DNA of 43,935 nt. Source: Fibrobacterales bacterium. GTDB taxonomy: Bacteria; Fibrobacterota; Fibrobacteria; Fibrobacterales; JAOPTW01. Where the stretch lies: contig JAOPTW010000004.1 in NCBI GenBank assembly GCA_051532035.1, positions 1 to 43,935 on the forward strand. Direction: 5' to 3'. Positions 26,754-36,234 of this stretch are shown in pieces; position 1 is the stretch's first letter, and each line of letters begins with the position of its first letter. Both the position numbers and the translations under genes were made by a program. Under the pieces are notes generated by a model. It was not told the DNA's origin and did not search any database. It worked only from the letters and a program-made list of their open reading frames with translations.

Positions 26754-27539
26754 ATGAAACAGAAAAATTGGATGATGGTTGTATGGGGGCTTGCCTTGAT
26801 GTGTGTTTTAATGTTGAGCTCTTGCCTTACAACACAACATTATAATAATGGTAAGACCCTTAAATCTGGTAAATCTGTCGTGGTATGGGGGGCGGGTTAT
26901 CATAAATATCTTAAATGTACGAGTAGAGATTACCGGGTGAATGAGACCAATCAGGATAGAAAACCTAATACTAAAAAGTGTTTAGAGGCAGAAGGTGAAG
27001 AGATCGATGAAACCTATGAGCCTCAGGTAAGTCGCAAGTTTAGGTTGGGTGTTCGTGATAATTGGGGCCCATTTCCAGGTCTAGATATCGGATATTCATT
27101 CGAAGCTCTGGGAGGGGTTGAATTTGATGGTCGCCTCGCACTGCCTTATGTGATTGAAGAATTGAACCACTCAATTTCAGCGGGTTGGGTTATTGGTAAT
27201 TGGGCAGATAATACCCTTTTTATGGAGTATGCGTTCTCCAAAGACTTTTTAGCCACTAATCTGTATATCAATATTCGGGAATCGTATGTGGCAACTCAGA
27301 CATATGATCTGGATATTGATGGGGGTGAAGATGATGTTTTTATTCATAACCAAAAGTGGGTTACTCAGCTAGGTTTTGGAATGCGTTATGAAGGAACACG
27401 TCGGTTTCTCTTGCCTAATATATTTTATGCACATGGGACCATAACGGCTCCTGCCTTTAGTTTTGTTGACCGGATTGAAGGTGATATGAAACCAGTCTAT
27501 CAATTTTCACCAAGTGTGGGAGTCGGATGGACTTATTAA
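26754..27539 (+). CDS. Hypothetical lipoprotein / small beta-barrel-like outer-membrane protein
   Basis: Lipobox LSSC, amphipathic strands, C-terminal SVGVGWTY. Overlaps the receptor gene by 13 nt. Confidence 0.65.
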   Translation: MKQKNWMMVVWGLALMCVLMLSSCLTTQHYNNGKTLKSGKSVVVWGAGYHKYLKCTSRDYRVNETNQDRKPNTKKCLEAEGEEIDETYEPQVSRKFRLGVRDNWGPFPGLDIGYSFEALGGVEFDGRLALPYVIEELNHSISAGWVIGNWADNTLFMEYAFSKDFLATNLYINIRESYVATQTYDLDIDGGEDDVFIHNQKWVTQLGFGMRYEGTRRFLLPNIFYAHGTITAPAFSFVDRIEGDMKPVYQFSPSVGVGWTY

Positions 27540-30292
27540 AAATATGGAGTATGGTACTCCTGGTAATTACAACGGGTAGTGCACTTGATTCGACCCTTCC
27601 TAACTCTCTTAAAGAAGACTCCAATAATGGTGTTCAAAATGTCCAAGTTATAGATTATACAACACTCACAGATACTCTAGGTGGAGACGCAGGCGATGAT
27701 ACTACAGTGTCAAGAGCTGATTCGGTAGTTGTTACTGGTGCACTCCTTAATGGCACAACAGGAGAAGGCTATGCACTACGGAGTGTGATGGTTGGTCCCG
27801 TGGGTAAAAAAATTATTACTGATGAAGATGGTTTTTTTGAGATTACTCTTTCTCGGGTTGATTCACTAAGCTTTTATGTAATTGACGATACTCTTCAGTT
27901 GGAAGAAAATATCTTTCCTGTTGTAGATTCTCTCTCTTTTGTAAATGTAATTCTCAAGGTGGGGCAGAGCGGACAGCAAATGGAACAACCTGATTCTGTT
28001 GACATGATAGTTGTAGCAGAACGTGGCGCAATTCATGATCGTAAGAAGGTGTCGAGTTTTAAAGTGACTCGAAGTGAAATGCAGGAGGTGGCTGGCACTA
28101 TGGGAGACCCAATGCGCGTTATTGGTTCTCTTCCTGGAGTTACGATGCAGAGTGATCTCAGTGTACGAAGTTTTGTACGGGGTGGAAAGGCCGAAGAGAC
28201 GAGAGTTTTTTGGAATGATGTTCCGTTGTTACAGCCATATCATATGGGGACGATTTTCTCCATTTTTAATATGGAGCATATAGACAACGCAGAGCTTTAT
28301 ACTGGTAATTTACCCATTGATATGAATAATGCACTTTCAGCGGCCTTAGTAACTGAAAACAGGAAGCCCCCTAAGGACTCTCTGATGGGATTCAATGAGC
28401 TCTCGTTTATGCGTACTAACATGTATATTGGCGCACCCTTAACAGATAAACTTTCAGCAGATATCTCTATTCAATATTTTCATTGGGATTGGTTTGTAAA
28501 ACGTGTAGGTGACATAGTTACGAGTGGGGATAGTAAACAAAAAAATGGTTGGGATAAGGCAAAAAAAATCTTCGCTATACCAACGTTTATGGACATTCAA
28601 GCGGGCCTTGAGTATGCAGTAAATCAAAACCTTACACTTAATTATAGAGGTCTCTATGCCGTCGACTGGTTTTACGTACTCGATCCTCTCGATATTACGA
28701 GGGAGATGGGCAACGATACTTTACATCTCGATTCTATTGATACTTTAGCGTATGTTGGAGTAGATAATTGGGTCCATACTATAAGTGCTGATTATCGTGT
28801 AAGTGATGATTGGAAGTTGAAAGCAGGTGTGGCGTATCAGTCACAAAAGTGGGATATTCAATTTGGGGGAAAGGGTGATAATATTTTTACCAATCCAAAA
28901 TTTGATCTTAAGCGTTCAGCCTTTCATGCTAAGGTGAATAATGTCTTTACTCCCAATGAAAAACATGTGGTAAGTTTTGGTGCCGCCTTTGATTTGTGGA
29001 TGCAAGAGTATAATTCATTTATTATCAGGCCGTTATACGAAATTTTTGTGAATGGAAATTATGATGTTGTTAAAATGATTGGAATGGATCTCCCTGAGGG
29101 TAAAGTTGTTACTGTAAACGATGGTGGTACTGCCAACCTCGTAGACATGGTTGGTCGAATTCGGTTTGATCATAGAGGTAAACGAAATCAGCAGTTTTAT
29201 GCACTCTATGGTGGTGATAAATGGACAGTAAATGAGGATTTACGAGTTGACCTAGGGCTAAGGCTTGAGTATGGAAGTGGGACAGGGGATGGGTTTCCTT
29301 CGCCCCGGGCTGCATTATTCAAAAAAATTGATGAACAAAATGAATTGACTCTCTCTATGGGTCTCTACTCACAAAATGATATACCGTATTATATGCTTGA
29401 TCAGAATTCAAAGTTGAAATCAGAGAAAAATATTATGGGAGAGGTTGAGTGGAGTCATGATTTTACTCTGCGATATCGTTTTGAGTGGAGAACTTATGGT
29501 AAGTATTATTTTGATCTTGTCGCGGCGCATGCAACGAATCATCCTTTGCCTAAAACGCGCAATGAATTGGTTAATACTATTACCCATTTTTATCATACTT
29601 TGGGTAAGGATGAATTTATTTCAGATAACCAGGATCAGATGATAAATAATTTTCTGAACGAGTTCGAGATGAGTGACACTCAGGTTGAAGAGATATTTGG
29701 TGAGTCTGGTAATATTTCTAACGATTTAAAAGGCCTTTTACAATATAGCGAAATAGCTTATGATAATGAGGGGACTGGCTATGCCCTCGGCTCTGAACTT
29801 TTATTTAGGTACGACCCTAATACAGTATGGAGAGGTTGGATTTCTGCAGAAATAAGTACTTCTCAGCGCAAAGATAGTGATGAGGGGATTTGGTATAATT
29901 TCAGTGATTTTCGACCGTGGGCTATAAAATGGAATAATTATTTCAATATGCCAAATGATTGGGAAATTGCATTTAGATATACTATCGCAGGGGGGAAAGC
30001 GTATACGCCATTTGAGCAAAATTTTGAGGTTCCTGAGGGAGAGGTGCAAGATACAATTATGGTGATAGGAAAGAAAAATTCACAGTGGTATAATATGTAT
30101 GAACGACTAGATATTTCGCTGGCGCAGAATTCAACCTTTTTTGGGTTACCGAGTAGAACTTATATGGAAATTTGGAATGCTTTTAATGCGCCAAACTTTC
30201 TTTTACGAGATTCAGAAACAAACAAAGTGGTAACGTTTGAACCCAACCTTCTTGTCCCAACTATCTTTTTTGGTTGGCAATTGAGGTGGTAA
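27527..30292 (+). CDS. TonB-dependent receptor
   Basis: Signal peptide, TDEDGFFEI N-terminal extension, plug GDPMRVIGSLPGV...VRGG...PYH, DLGLRLEY, YERLDIS, C-terminal FFGWQLRW. Followed by exbBD-tonB. Confidence 0.9.
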   Translation: MDLLKIWSMVLLVITTGSALDSTLPNSLKEDSNNGVQNVQVIDYTTLTDTLGGDAGDDTTVSRADSVVVTGALLNGTTGEGYALRSVMVGPVGKKIITDEDGFFEITLSRVDSLSFYVIDDTLQLEENIFPVVDSLSFVNVILKVGQSGQQMEQPDSVDMIVVAERGAIHDRKKVSSFKVTRSEMQEVAGTMGDPMRVIGSLPGVTMQSDLSVRSFVRGGKAEETRVFWNDVPLLQPYHMGTIFSIFNMEHIDNAELYTGNLPIDMNNALSAALVTENRKPPKDSLMGFNELSFMRTNMYIGAPLTDKLSADISIQYFHWDWFVKRVGDIVTSGDSKQKNGWDKAKKIFAIPTFMDIQAGLEYAVNQNLTLNYRGLYAVDWFYVLDPLDITREMGNDTLHLDSIDTLAYVGVDNWVHTISADYRVSDDWKLKAGVAYQSQKWDIQFGGKGDNIFTNPKFDLKRSAFHAKVNNVFTPNEKHVVSFGAAFDLWMQEYNSFIIRPLYEIFVNGNYDVVKMIGMDLPEGKVVTVNDGGTANLVDMVGRIRFDHRGKRNQQFYALYGGDKWTVNEDLRVDLGLRLEYGSGTGDGFPSPRAALFKKIDEQNELTLSMGLYSQNDIPYYMLDQNSKLKSEKNIMGEVEWSHDFTLRYRFEWRTYGKYYFDLVAAHATNHPLPKTRNELVNTITHFYHTLGKDEFISDNQDQMINNFLNEFEMSDTQVEEIFGESGNISNDLKGLLQYSEIAYDNEGTGYALGSELLFRYDPNTVWRGWISAEISTSQRKDSDEGIWYNFSDFRPWAIKWNNYFNMPNDWEIAFRYTIAGGKAYTPFEQNFEVPEGEVQDTIMVIGKKNSQWYNMYERLDISLAQNSTFFGLPSRTYMEIWNAFNAPNFLLRDSETNKVVTFEPNLLVPTIFFGWQLRW

Positions 30293-30316
30293 CAAGCGTA
30301 ATAACGAAGGATTACT

Positions 30317-30913
30317 ATGTTAGATTATTTAGATCAGGGTGGAGTATTCATCTACCCTATTATTATCGGATCAATTTGGGCCTTTACCCTTATCTTTGAA
30401 CGGCTCTACTTCTTTAAAAAGAAAGTATCGAAGTATCAAAAAGAGTTTGAGGGGCATCTTACCACCTTAAAAGCCAGTGGCGGGGAGGCAGTCCTCACGC
30501 AATTAGAAACCAATAACGGTTTTGTGGCGCAGCTACTTACTGCAGCTTGGAGTGACCCCCACGCCGATATGACTAAGGTTGAACGACGCGTCGAAGAGGT
30601 GATCCACAAGCACATGCCAGAGTTTGATAAACACATTAGCACTATTAGTATGCTTGCAGGGGTTCAGCCGCTTCTTGGGCTCCTCGGGACTATAACCGGT
30701 ATGATTGCTGTATTTGCCGTTATATCAACTCAAGGAACTGGTGATCCAAAAGCGTTAGCAGACGGTATTTCGGAGGCGATGATAACAACGCAAGCAGGAC
30801 TTTGTGCGGCAGTACCCATACTTATTGGGCACAACTTTTTACGTAATCGATTTAAAAATGTACTCTATGCCATACAGGCTATTTGTGCAAAAGCCCTAGA
30901 TCAGAGATCATAG
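30317..30913 (+). CDS. exbB: MotA/TolQ/ExbB proton channel protein
   Basis: PLLGLLGTITGMI, LADGISEAMITTQAGL. Confidence 0.9.
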   Translation: MLDYLDQGGVFIYPIIIGSIWAFTLIFERLYFFKKKVSKYQKEFEGHLTTLKASGGEAVLTQLETNNGFVAQLLTAAWSDPHADMTKVERRVEEVIHKHMPEFDKHISTISMLAGVQPLLGLLGTITGMIAVFAVISTQGTGDPKALADGISEAMITTQAGLCAAVPILIGHNFLRNRFKNVLYAIQAICAKALDQRS

Positions 30914-30915
30914 TA

Positions 30916-31344
30916 ATGGCACTCGAAAAAGTTTTTAACGATATCGCCAGTAAAAGTGATGAGGATAGCATCAATCTCTCTCCAATGATTGATATGATAT
31001 TTCTGCTACTGCTCTTCTTTATGGTGACGACAACCTTTGAAAAAAATGCAGGAATTGAGGTTAAGCGTTCTGACTCTGAATCGGCAACCCACTTGCAAAA
31101 AGAGCGGCTCACAATAACTATAGACTCTATGGGTGGCTATTGGCTGCTTGAACAGTCTCTGAAGCTGGGTGCGATAATCACTCAAACCCAAGAGTGGTTT
31201 GAGGGTAATCCCGAAGGTATGGTGCTTATTATACCCGATAAAGCGGTTAAGATGGACTCATTTATTCAACTGATTGATGAATTGAATATTAAGAATATTT
31301 CCAATTTTGCTATTGGAACCAATCCACCGGCTCAGAAGAGATAG
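30916..31344 (+). CDS. exbD: Biopolymer transporter ExbD
   Basis: INLSPMIDMIFLLLLFFMVTTTF. Start placed at ATG 30916, just after the exbB stop. Confidence 0.9.
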   Translation: MALEKVFNDIASKSDEDSINLSPMIDMIFLLLLFFMVTTTFEKNAGIEVKRSDSESATHLQKERLTITIDSMGGYWLLEQSLKLGAIITQTQEWFEGNPEGMVLIIPDKAVKMDSFIQLIDELNIKNISNFAIGTNPPAQKR

Positions 31345-31358
31345 GTTCGCTATAATTC

Positions 31359-32006
31359 ATGGTTCGTAATTATTTAAACCGATATCGGTATCCATTTATA
31401 GGTGCATTGATACTCCACCTCCTTCTCTTTGGTGGGTTTCTTTTGGCGCCCGAAAAATCGGAACCTCCTGTTCGGCTAGTTAATTTTCAAATGCTCAACT
31501 TAAAACCCCCAAAAGAGCCCGTCGTTTCAAAAAGGCCTCCCAAGAAACGGAAAAAAGTGAAGCCTAAGAAGGTGGTTAAAAAGAAGGCTACCCCGAAAAA
31601 GAAGAGTGAGTTTGCCGAGAAAAAAGTTGAAAAGCCAATTGAAGAAACCGTAGAAAAACCGGCACCAGTCCTTGACCCTGATCCAGAACCGCTCCCTGAT
31701 CTTCCGGCGATTGTATCAGAATCGGCTCTCGACAATAAAAGTGTTAAGCCCTTTGGCAATAAACGTCCTCACTATCCTCAGTTTGCACGCGATGCAGAAA
31801 TTGAAGGGTGGGTAAAACTTAAAGTGTTGGTAAATAAAAAAGGACGTGTAACTCAGGTGAAGGTTGAGAAAGTTATTGGTCATAAAAGTTTTGCGAAAGA
31901 GACAATCAAGGTGGCTAAAAAATGGCGCTTTCCTCCACTTACGGCTAAGGGGAGAAGGGTTGAGGCGTGGATTTCACAAACTGTTCTTTTTCAGCTTACT
32001 GATTAG
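31359..32006 (+). CDS. tonB: Energy transducer TonB
   Basis: N-terminal TM helix with His, Lys/Pro-rich linker, PHYPQFARDAEIEGWV...KWRFPP C-terminal domain. Confidence 0.9.
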   Translation: MVRNYLNRYRYPFIGALILHLLLFGGFLLAPEKSEPPVRLVNFQMLNLKPPKEPVVSKRPPKKRKKVKPKKVVKKKATPKKKSEFAEKKVEKPIEETVEKPAPVLDPDPEPLPDLPAIVSESALDNKSVKPFGNKRPHYPQFARDAEIEGWVKLKVLVNKKGRVTQVKVEKVIGHKSFAKETIKVAKKWRFPPLTAKGRRVEAWISQTVLFQLTD

Positions 32007-32152
32007 CAGTTATTCTCTTGGTTTCTGCTAAACTATCACAGTATCACAGACCTGAAATAAATCATATCAAGTGTGTGAAATTGTGGTAAATCAAATGCCG
32101 GGCCTCTATTTAGTTCATATACTATGATAAACAATGAGCGGTAAAGTAATCA

Positions 32153-32434
32153 ATGTCGTACGAAAAAGAACTCCAAGAATATCACCTCACTCCTCGGGGT
32201 TGGGAGCAGGGCAGCTTTAATAGTTCAAGTGGTTTTCATGACTCGGTTCAAATTCCTAAGGATCGAGTACTCACTCTTGGATGTGCCGAAGAACGAGACT
32301 ATGGTGAAGACCCTCCAGAATACTCTGAATCGACTTTGTGGAAGAGTGACGATGAGTCAACAATCCTTGCCTTTAAGAAAGAGTTTGGCGAACGACCCAA
32401 TTGGTATGGGTATAAAAAAATGGGAATTATTTAA
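32153..32434 (+). CDS. Small hypothetical protein (93 aa)
   Basis: ATG-started ORF with protein-like composition (EYHLTPRGW...) filling the tonB-sco gap. No recognised family. Confidence 0.6.
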   Translation: MSYEKELQEYHLTPRGWEQGSFNSSSGFHDSVQIPKDRVLTLGCAEERDYGEDPPEYSESTLWKSDDESTILAFKKEFGERPNWYGYKKMGII

Positions 32435-32728
32435 GGGCGTCTCAAAAAGATCATTCACTAATCACTGTCTCGGACGCATGGATTCAACCTTCTATTTTTA
32501 TATGAAGAGATAGGGGTTTCAAGACTGATTATTTCGATAATAGCAAAGATATCTGCTTATCACAAAATCACCATATTAGTTTATAATTAACGTATAATTT
32601 AATCATGTTATAGGGCAAAAATGCCCTTTGTTGACGAAAATAGTGAACAAAGTTGAAATAAGCCCTGTCTGTAACTTTCAATAGTGTTCAAAACTAGCTA
32701 AGTTAATGGGCAAGGAGATAGTTGTATT

Positions 32729-33565
32729 ATGTTGGGAAAATCAAGTTTGTTTAAAGTCATATGTTTTTTGGTAGTTATATCGGGAATGGTACTTCCTGCA
32801 TTTGGAGAAAGTGCTCAAAATGCTACGGTAGAACAACTCAAAATTGGCATTGACGATACTTTTTTATCAAAACACATTGATCTCGATATTCAGTTAAATG
32901 ATGAAACAGGGGAACCCATTACCCTCAAAGAGGCTGGGCGGGGTAAGCCTATAGCTCTTGCTCTTGTGTTTTATAACTGTAGTTCTATTTGTAGTCCCTT
33001 TCTAAATGCTATTGTCGATGTGGTACATAATTCACCTGCACACCTTCAGCCTGGCGAAGATTACACAATAGTTGCCGTAAGCTTTGATACTCTCGATACC
33101 TGGGAAATTGCCAAGGCCAAAAAAGAATCTTACATGAAAATGCTGGGTGAGCAGAAGGTTATTCCGGACTCAGGCTTTAGGTTTTTAACCGGGAGTCCTG
33201 AGAGTATAAAAAAACTGACTGAATCAGTTGGGTTCTACTATAAACAGGGAGAGGATGGGCAGTACCAACATACTACAGCTCTTATTGTTATCTCTCCAGA
33301 GGGGACAATCTCTCGCTATCTTAAGGGTTTACGCTTTTTACCCCTCGATCTCCTTATGGCGGTCAATGATGCCTCAAATAATAAGTGGGGACCTACCATA
33401 AATCGAATTATAAAGTTTTGTTATGCAAAAGACCCCGCAGGGAGAGGCTACTATTTTGACTTTCTCAAGGTTTTTGGCATACTGATTATCCTTACCATTG
33501 GGATAACTATCACCAGCCTTACAATCATTATTAAAAGAAAACAAAACATCAAAGGAAAATCATAA
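32729..33565 (+). CDS. SCO1/SenC family copper chaperone
   Basis: YNCSSICS (CxxxC), FLTGS, YQHT, SPEGTISRYL, C-terminal TM. AAGGAG RBS. Confidence 0.9.
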   Translation: MLGKSSLFKVICFLVVISGMVLPAFGESAQNATVEQLKIGIDDTFLSKHIDLDIQLNDETGEPITLKEAGRGKPIALALVFYNCSSICSPFLNAIVDVVHNSPAHLQPGEDYTIVAVSFDTLDTWEIAKAKKESYMKMLGEQKVIPDSGFRFLTGSPESIKKLTESVGFYYKQGEDGQYQHTTALIVISPEGTISRYLKGLRFLPLDLLMAVNDASNNKWGPTINRIIKFCYAKDPAGRGYYFDFLKVFGILIILTIGITITSLTIIIKRKQNIKGKS

Positions 33566-33567
33566 CT

Positions 33568-35280
33568 ATGAGTGATTCAACACAAAAGAAGACTCCAAGC
33601 TTTTGGGAGAGTCATACCAGTTCACGGTGGAATACCGGGATTATGAGCTGGATTATGTCGACTGACCATAAGCGTATTGGAATCCTCTACGGATTCAGTA
33701 TCTTCTCACTGTTTCTTCTTGCAGCTCTGCTGGGTTTGACAATTAAACTCCAGAAGCTCTACCCCGCTGCAGATGGGTGGCAAATAATACCTCCCGAACT
33801 CTACGGGCAGGTGTTTACGCTTCACGGTGTGATAATGATCTTCCTCTTTATTTTACCCGGTGCTCCAGCAGTTATTGGTAACCTCATACTGCCACAGCAG
33901 CTGGGGGCTAAAGATGTTGCGTTCCCTCGGGTGAATCTATTGTCACTCTGGATTTTTTGGACCGGCGCTATTCTTGCTATCGTAGGGGTACTCGCTGGCG
34001 GTGCTGATACTGGTTGGACTTTTACTACACCATACTCAGTGACCACCAAAACCGTTTCAATGTTTGGTTTTCAGGTTGAGTCGGTTTCACTGGTTCTTTT
34101 TGCTGCGTTTGTACTCGGCTGGGGAACTATTCTTACGGGCATCAACTTTATTATCACCATTCACCGTATGCGTGCAAAAGGCATGGGCATGTTTCAAATG
34201 CCTATGTTTAGCTGGGCTATCTATTCAACCAGTTGGATTCAAGTACTTGCAACACCCGTTGTAGGTATCACACTCCTTCTTCTGATTATTGAACGAATCT
34301 TACCCATTGGTATTTTCGACCCAACCAAAGGGGGCGATCCTGTCCTCTTTCAGCACCTGTTCTGGATCTATTCTCACCCTGCAGTATATATCATGGTACT
34401 TCCGGTAATGGGTATTGTGTCTGAGATTGTTGCAACTAACTCTCAAAAACCACTCTTTGGCTATAAGTCGATGGTCTTTGCACTTATGTCTATCGCTGGT
34501 GTTGGCTATCTCGTTTGGGCTCATCACATGTTTACAACAGGTATGAGTGATTTTGCTAATGGTGTATTTTCATTCCTTACCTTTATGGTGGCTATTCCAA
34601 CAGCTATCAAGGTGTTTAATTGGATTGGCACCATGTATAAGGGGTCGATTCGGATAACTCCCGCAATGTGTTTTGCTCTTGCATTTATCTTCAACTTTTT
34701 GATTGGTGGACTCACTGGTATGTTCCTCGGTTCATTATCAACATCGATCTATGTGCACGATACTGAATTTATTGTTGCGCACTTTCACTATACTATGTTT
34801 GGTGGGGTGGCATTTGGTCTTATCGCTGGAGTGTTTCACTATCTCCCAAAATTCTTTGGTAAAATCTATAACTTCAAAGCAGCCTATTACTCATTCGCCT
34901 TACTATTCATTGGGTTTAATGCAACCTATATTCCGATGTTTATTCTGGGTATGAAAGGGATGCCCCGTCGGTATCACACGTATCCTGATATTCCAGAGTA
35001 TGTACTGTTGCAGCAACTCTCAACCTACGGTTCATGGATAATGGGGCTTGGTATCTTCCTAACATTAGGGACTCTGTTATATACGGTAATCAAGGGTAAG
35101 AAAATGACTCAGTATAATCCGTGGAACTCGTCGACACTCGAGTGGCAAACTGCTACTCCTCCTTCTCTCTTTAACTGGGATGAAGAACACGAGCCACAGG
35201 TTATTCGTCATCCCTATGATTTTGATGCCTTCCGTCAGGAAGTAAAAGATGGAATTTCAAAAGGAGAAAATGATGAGTGA
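33568..35280 (+). CDS. ctaD: Cytochrome c oxidase subunit I (A2 type)
   Basis: TDHKRIG, TLHGVIMIF, FWIYSHPAVY (A2 YSHPxV motif), WAHHM, VAHFHY, GMPRRY. Confidence 0.96.
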   Translation: MSDSTQKKTPSFWESHTSSRWNTGIMSWIMSTDHKRIGILYGFSIFSLFLLAALLGLTIKLQKLYPAADGWQIIPPELYGQVFTLHGVIMIFLFILPGAPAVIGNLILPQQLGAKDVAFPRVNLLSLWIFWTGAILAIVGVLAGGADTGWTFTTPYSVTTKTVSMFGFQVESVSLVLFAAFVLGWGTILTGINFIITIHRMRAKGMGMFQMPMFSWAIYSTSWIQVLATPVVGITLLLLIIERILPIGIFDPTKGGDPVLFQHLFWIYSHPAVYIMVLPVMGIVSEIVATNSQKPLFGYKSMVFALMSIAGVGYLVWAHHMFTTGMSDFANGVFSFLTFMVAIPTAIKVFNWIGTMYKGSIRITPAMCFALAFIFNFLIGGLTGMFLGSLSTSIYVHDTEFIVAHFHYTMFGGVAFGLIAGVFHYLPKFFGKIYNFKAAYYSFALLFIGFNATYIPMFILGMKGMPRRYHTYPDIPEYVLLQQLSTYGSWIMGLGIFLTLGTLLYTVIKGKKMTQYNPWNSSTLEWQTATPPSLFNWDEEHEPQVIRHPYDFDAFRQEVKDGISKGENDE

Positions 35281-35920
35281 TCATATGGAACACTACGATG
35301 AAGAAGGGACACGCCTCGGCTTTTGGCTCTTCCTCTTTACAGAACTTTTCCTCTTTGGTGGTATGTTTGTTGTGTATGCAACCTACCGTTTTAAATACCT
35401 CGAGGATTTTAAAATTGCAGCAGGAGAGTTAAATACTGGTATTGGTTCACTCAATACGGTTATTCTTCTTGCGAGTTCTGCAATGATTGTAATCTCGTTA
35501 GCTGCACTTAAAAATGGTGATAAAAAGCTCGCCAAAAGATTGCTCATTGGGACCTGGGCGTGTGGTGCGGCATTCCTAGTCATCAAAGGTTTTGAGTGGA
35601 ATGCAAAATTTGGTCATCACCTCTTCTTGCAACTCAGAACAGAAATTGACGCGGGTCATGGGTCTCCACTTCTGAATCCAGGGGCAGAAATGCTTCCTCT
35701 TGGTCAGGTGGTTTTCTTTGGGCTCTATTTTATAATGACTGGTGCACATGCTATTCACGTGATAATCGGTATGATCTGGATGACGGTAGTATATGGTTTG
35801 ATAAAAAAAGATAAAGTACGCAGTGATCATAAAGCAGGGCTTGAATTTGTTGCTCTCTACTGGCACTTGGTTGACCTTATCTGGATTTTCCTTTTCCCAC
35901 TCTACTACTTAATAGCTTAG
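35273..35920 (+). CDS. ctaE: Cytochrome c oxidase subunit III
   Basis: GFWLFLFTELFLFGG, NTVILLASS, TGAHAIHV, LYWHLVDLIWIFLFP. Start is 35270 or 35273, after AGGAG. Confidence 0.93.
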   Translation: MSDHMEHYDEEGTRLGFWLFLFTELFLFGGMFVVYATYRFKYLEDFKIAAGELNTGIGSLNTVILLASSAMIVISLAALKNGDKKLAKRLLIGTWACGAAFLVIKGFEWNAKFGHHLFLQLRTEIDAGHGSPLLNPGAEMLPLGQVVFFGLYFIMTGAHAIHVIIGMIWMTVVYGLIKKDKVRSDHKAGLEFVALYWHLVDLIWIFLFPLYYLIA

Positions 35921-35929
35921 GAGATTACA

Positions 35930-36226
35930 ATGAGTACAGAACATTCCCACTCGGCAGAAAAAGAGAGTTATCTCACCCCCACACTGGTCTTCCTCAACCT
36001 TTTTGGGTTGACCATGATTACAGTGCTTCTCTCAGGAGCCATTGAGTCAAATAAAGGTTCGCTTTTTGCAGCACTATTTGTTGCGTGTATAAAGGCGTTT
36101 CTTGTTGTTCACCAATTTATGCATGTCGGTCATGAAGGTAAGTTATTTAAAATTTTTATTGGCATTGCAGTAGGGACGCTCATATCAATTTTTGTACTGC
36201 TTTTCACCGATTACTTATATAGATAG
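35930..36226 (+). CDS. Cytochrome c oxidase subunit IV family protein
   Basis: 98 aa with three TM helices and KAFLVVHQFMH. Lies between subunits III and II. Confidence 0.85.
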   Translation: MSTEHSHSAEKESYLTPTLVFLNLFGLTMITVLLSGAIESNKGSLFAALFVACIKAFLVVHQFMHVGHEGKLFKIFIGIAVGTLISIFVLLFTDYLYR

Positions 36227-36234
36227 AGGTTAAT

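Noticed and set aside
32229..32513. 94-aa ORF
   Set aside because: Alternative frame overlapping 32153..32434, with less protein-like composition.
32520..32700. FNR or Rex box upstream of the cox operon
   Set aside because: No convincing TTGAT-N4-ATCAA or TTGTGAA-N4-TTCACAA match.
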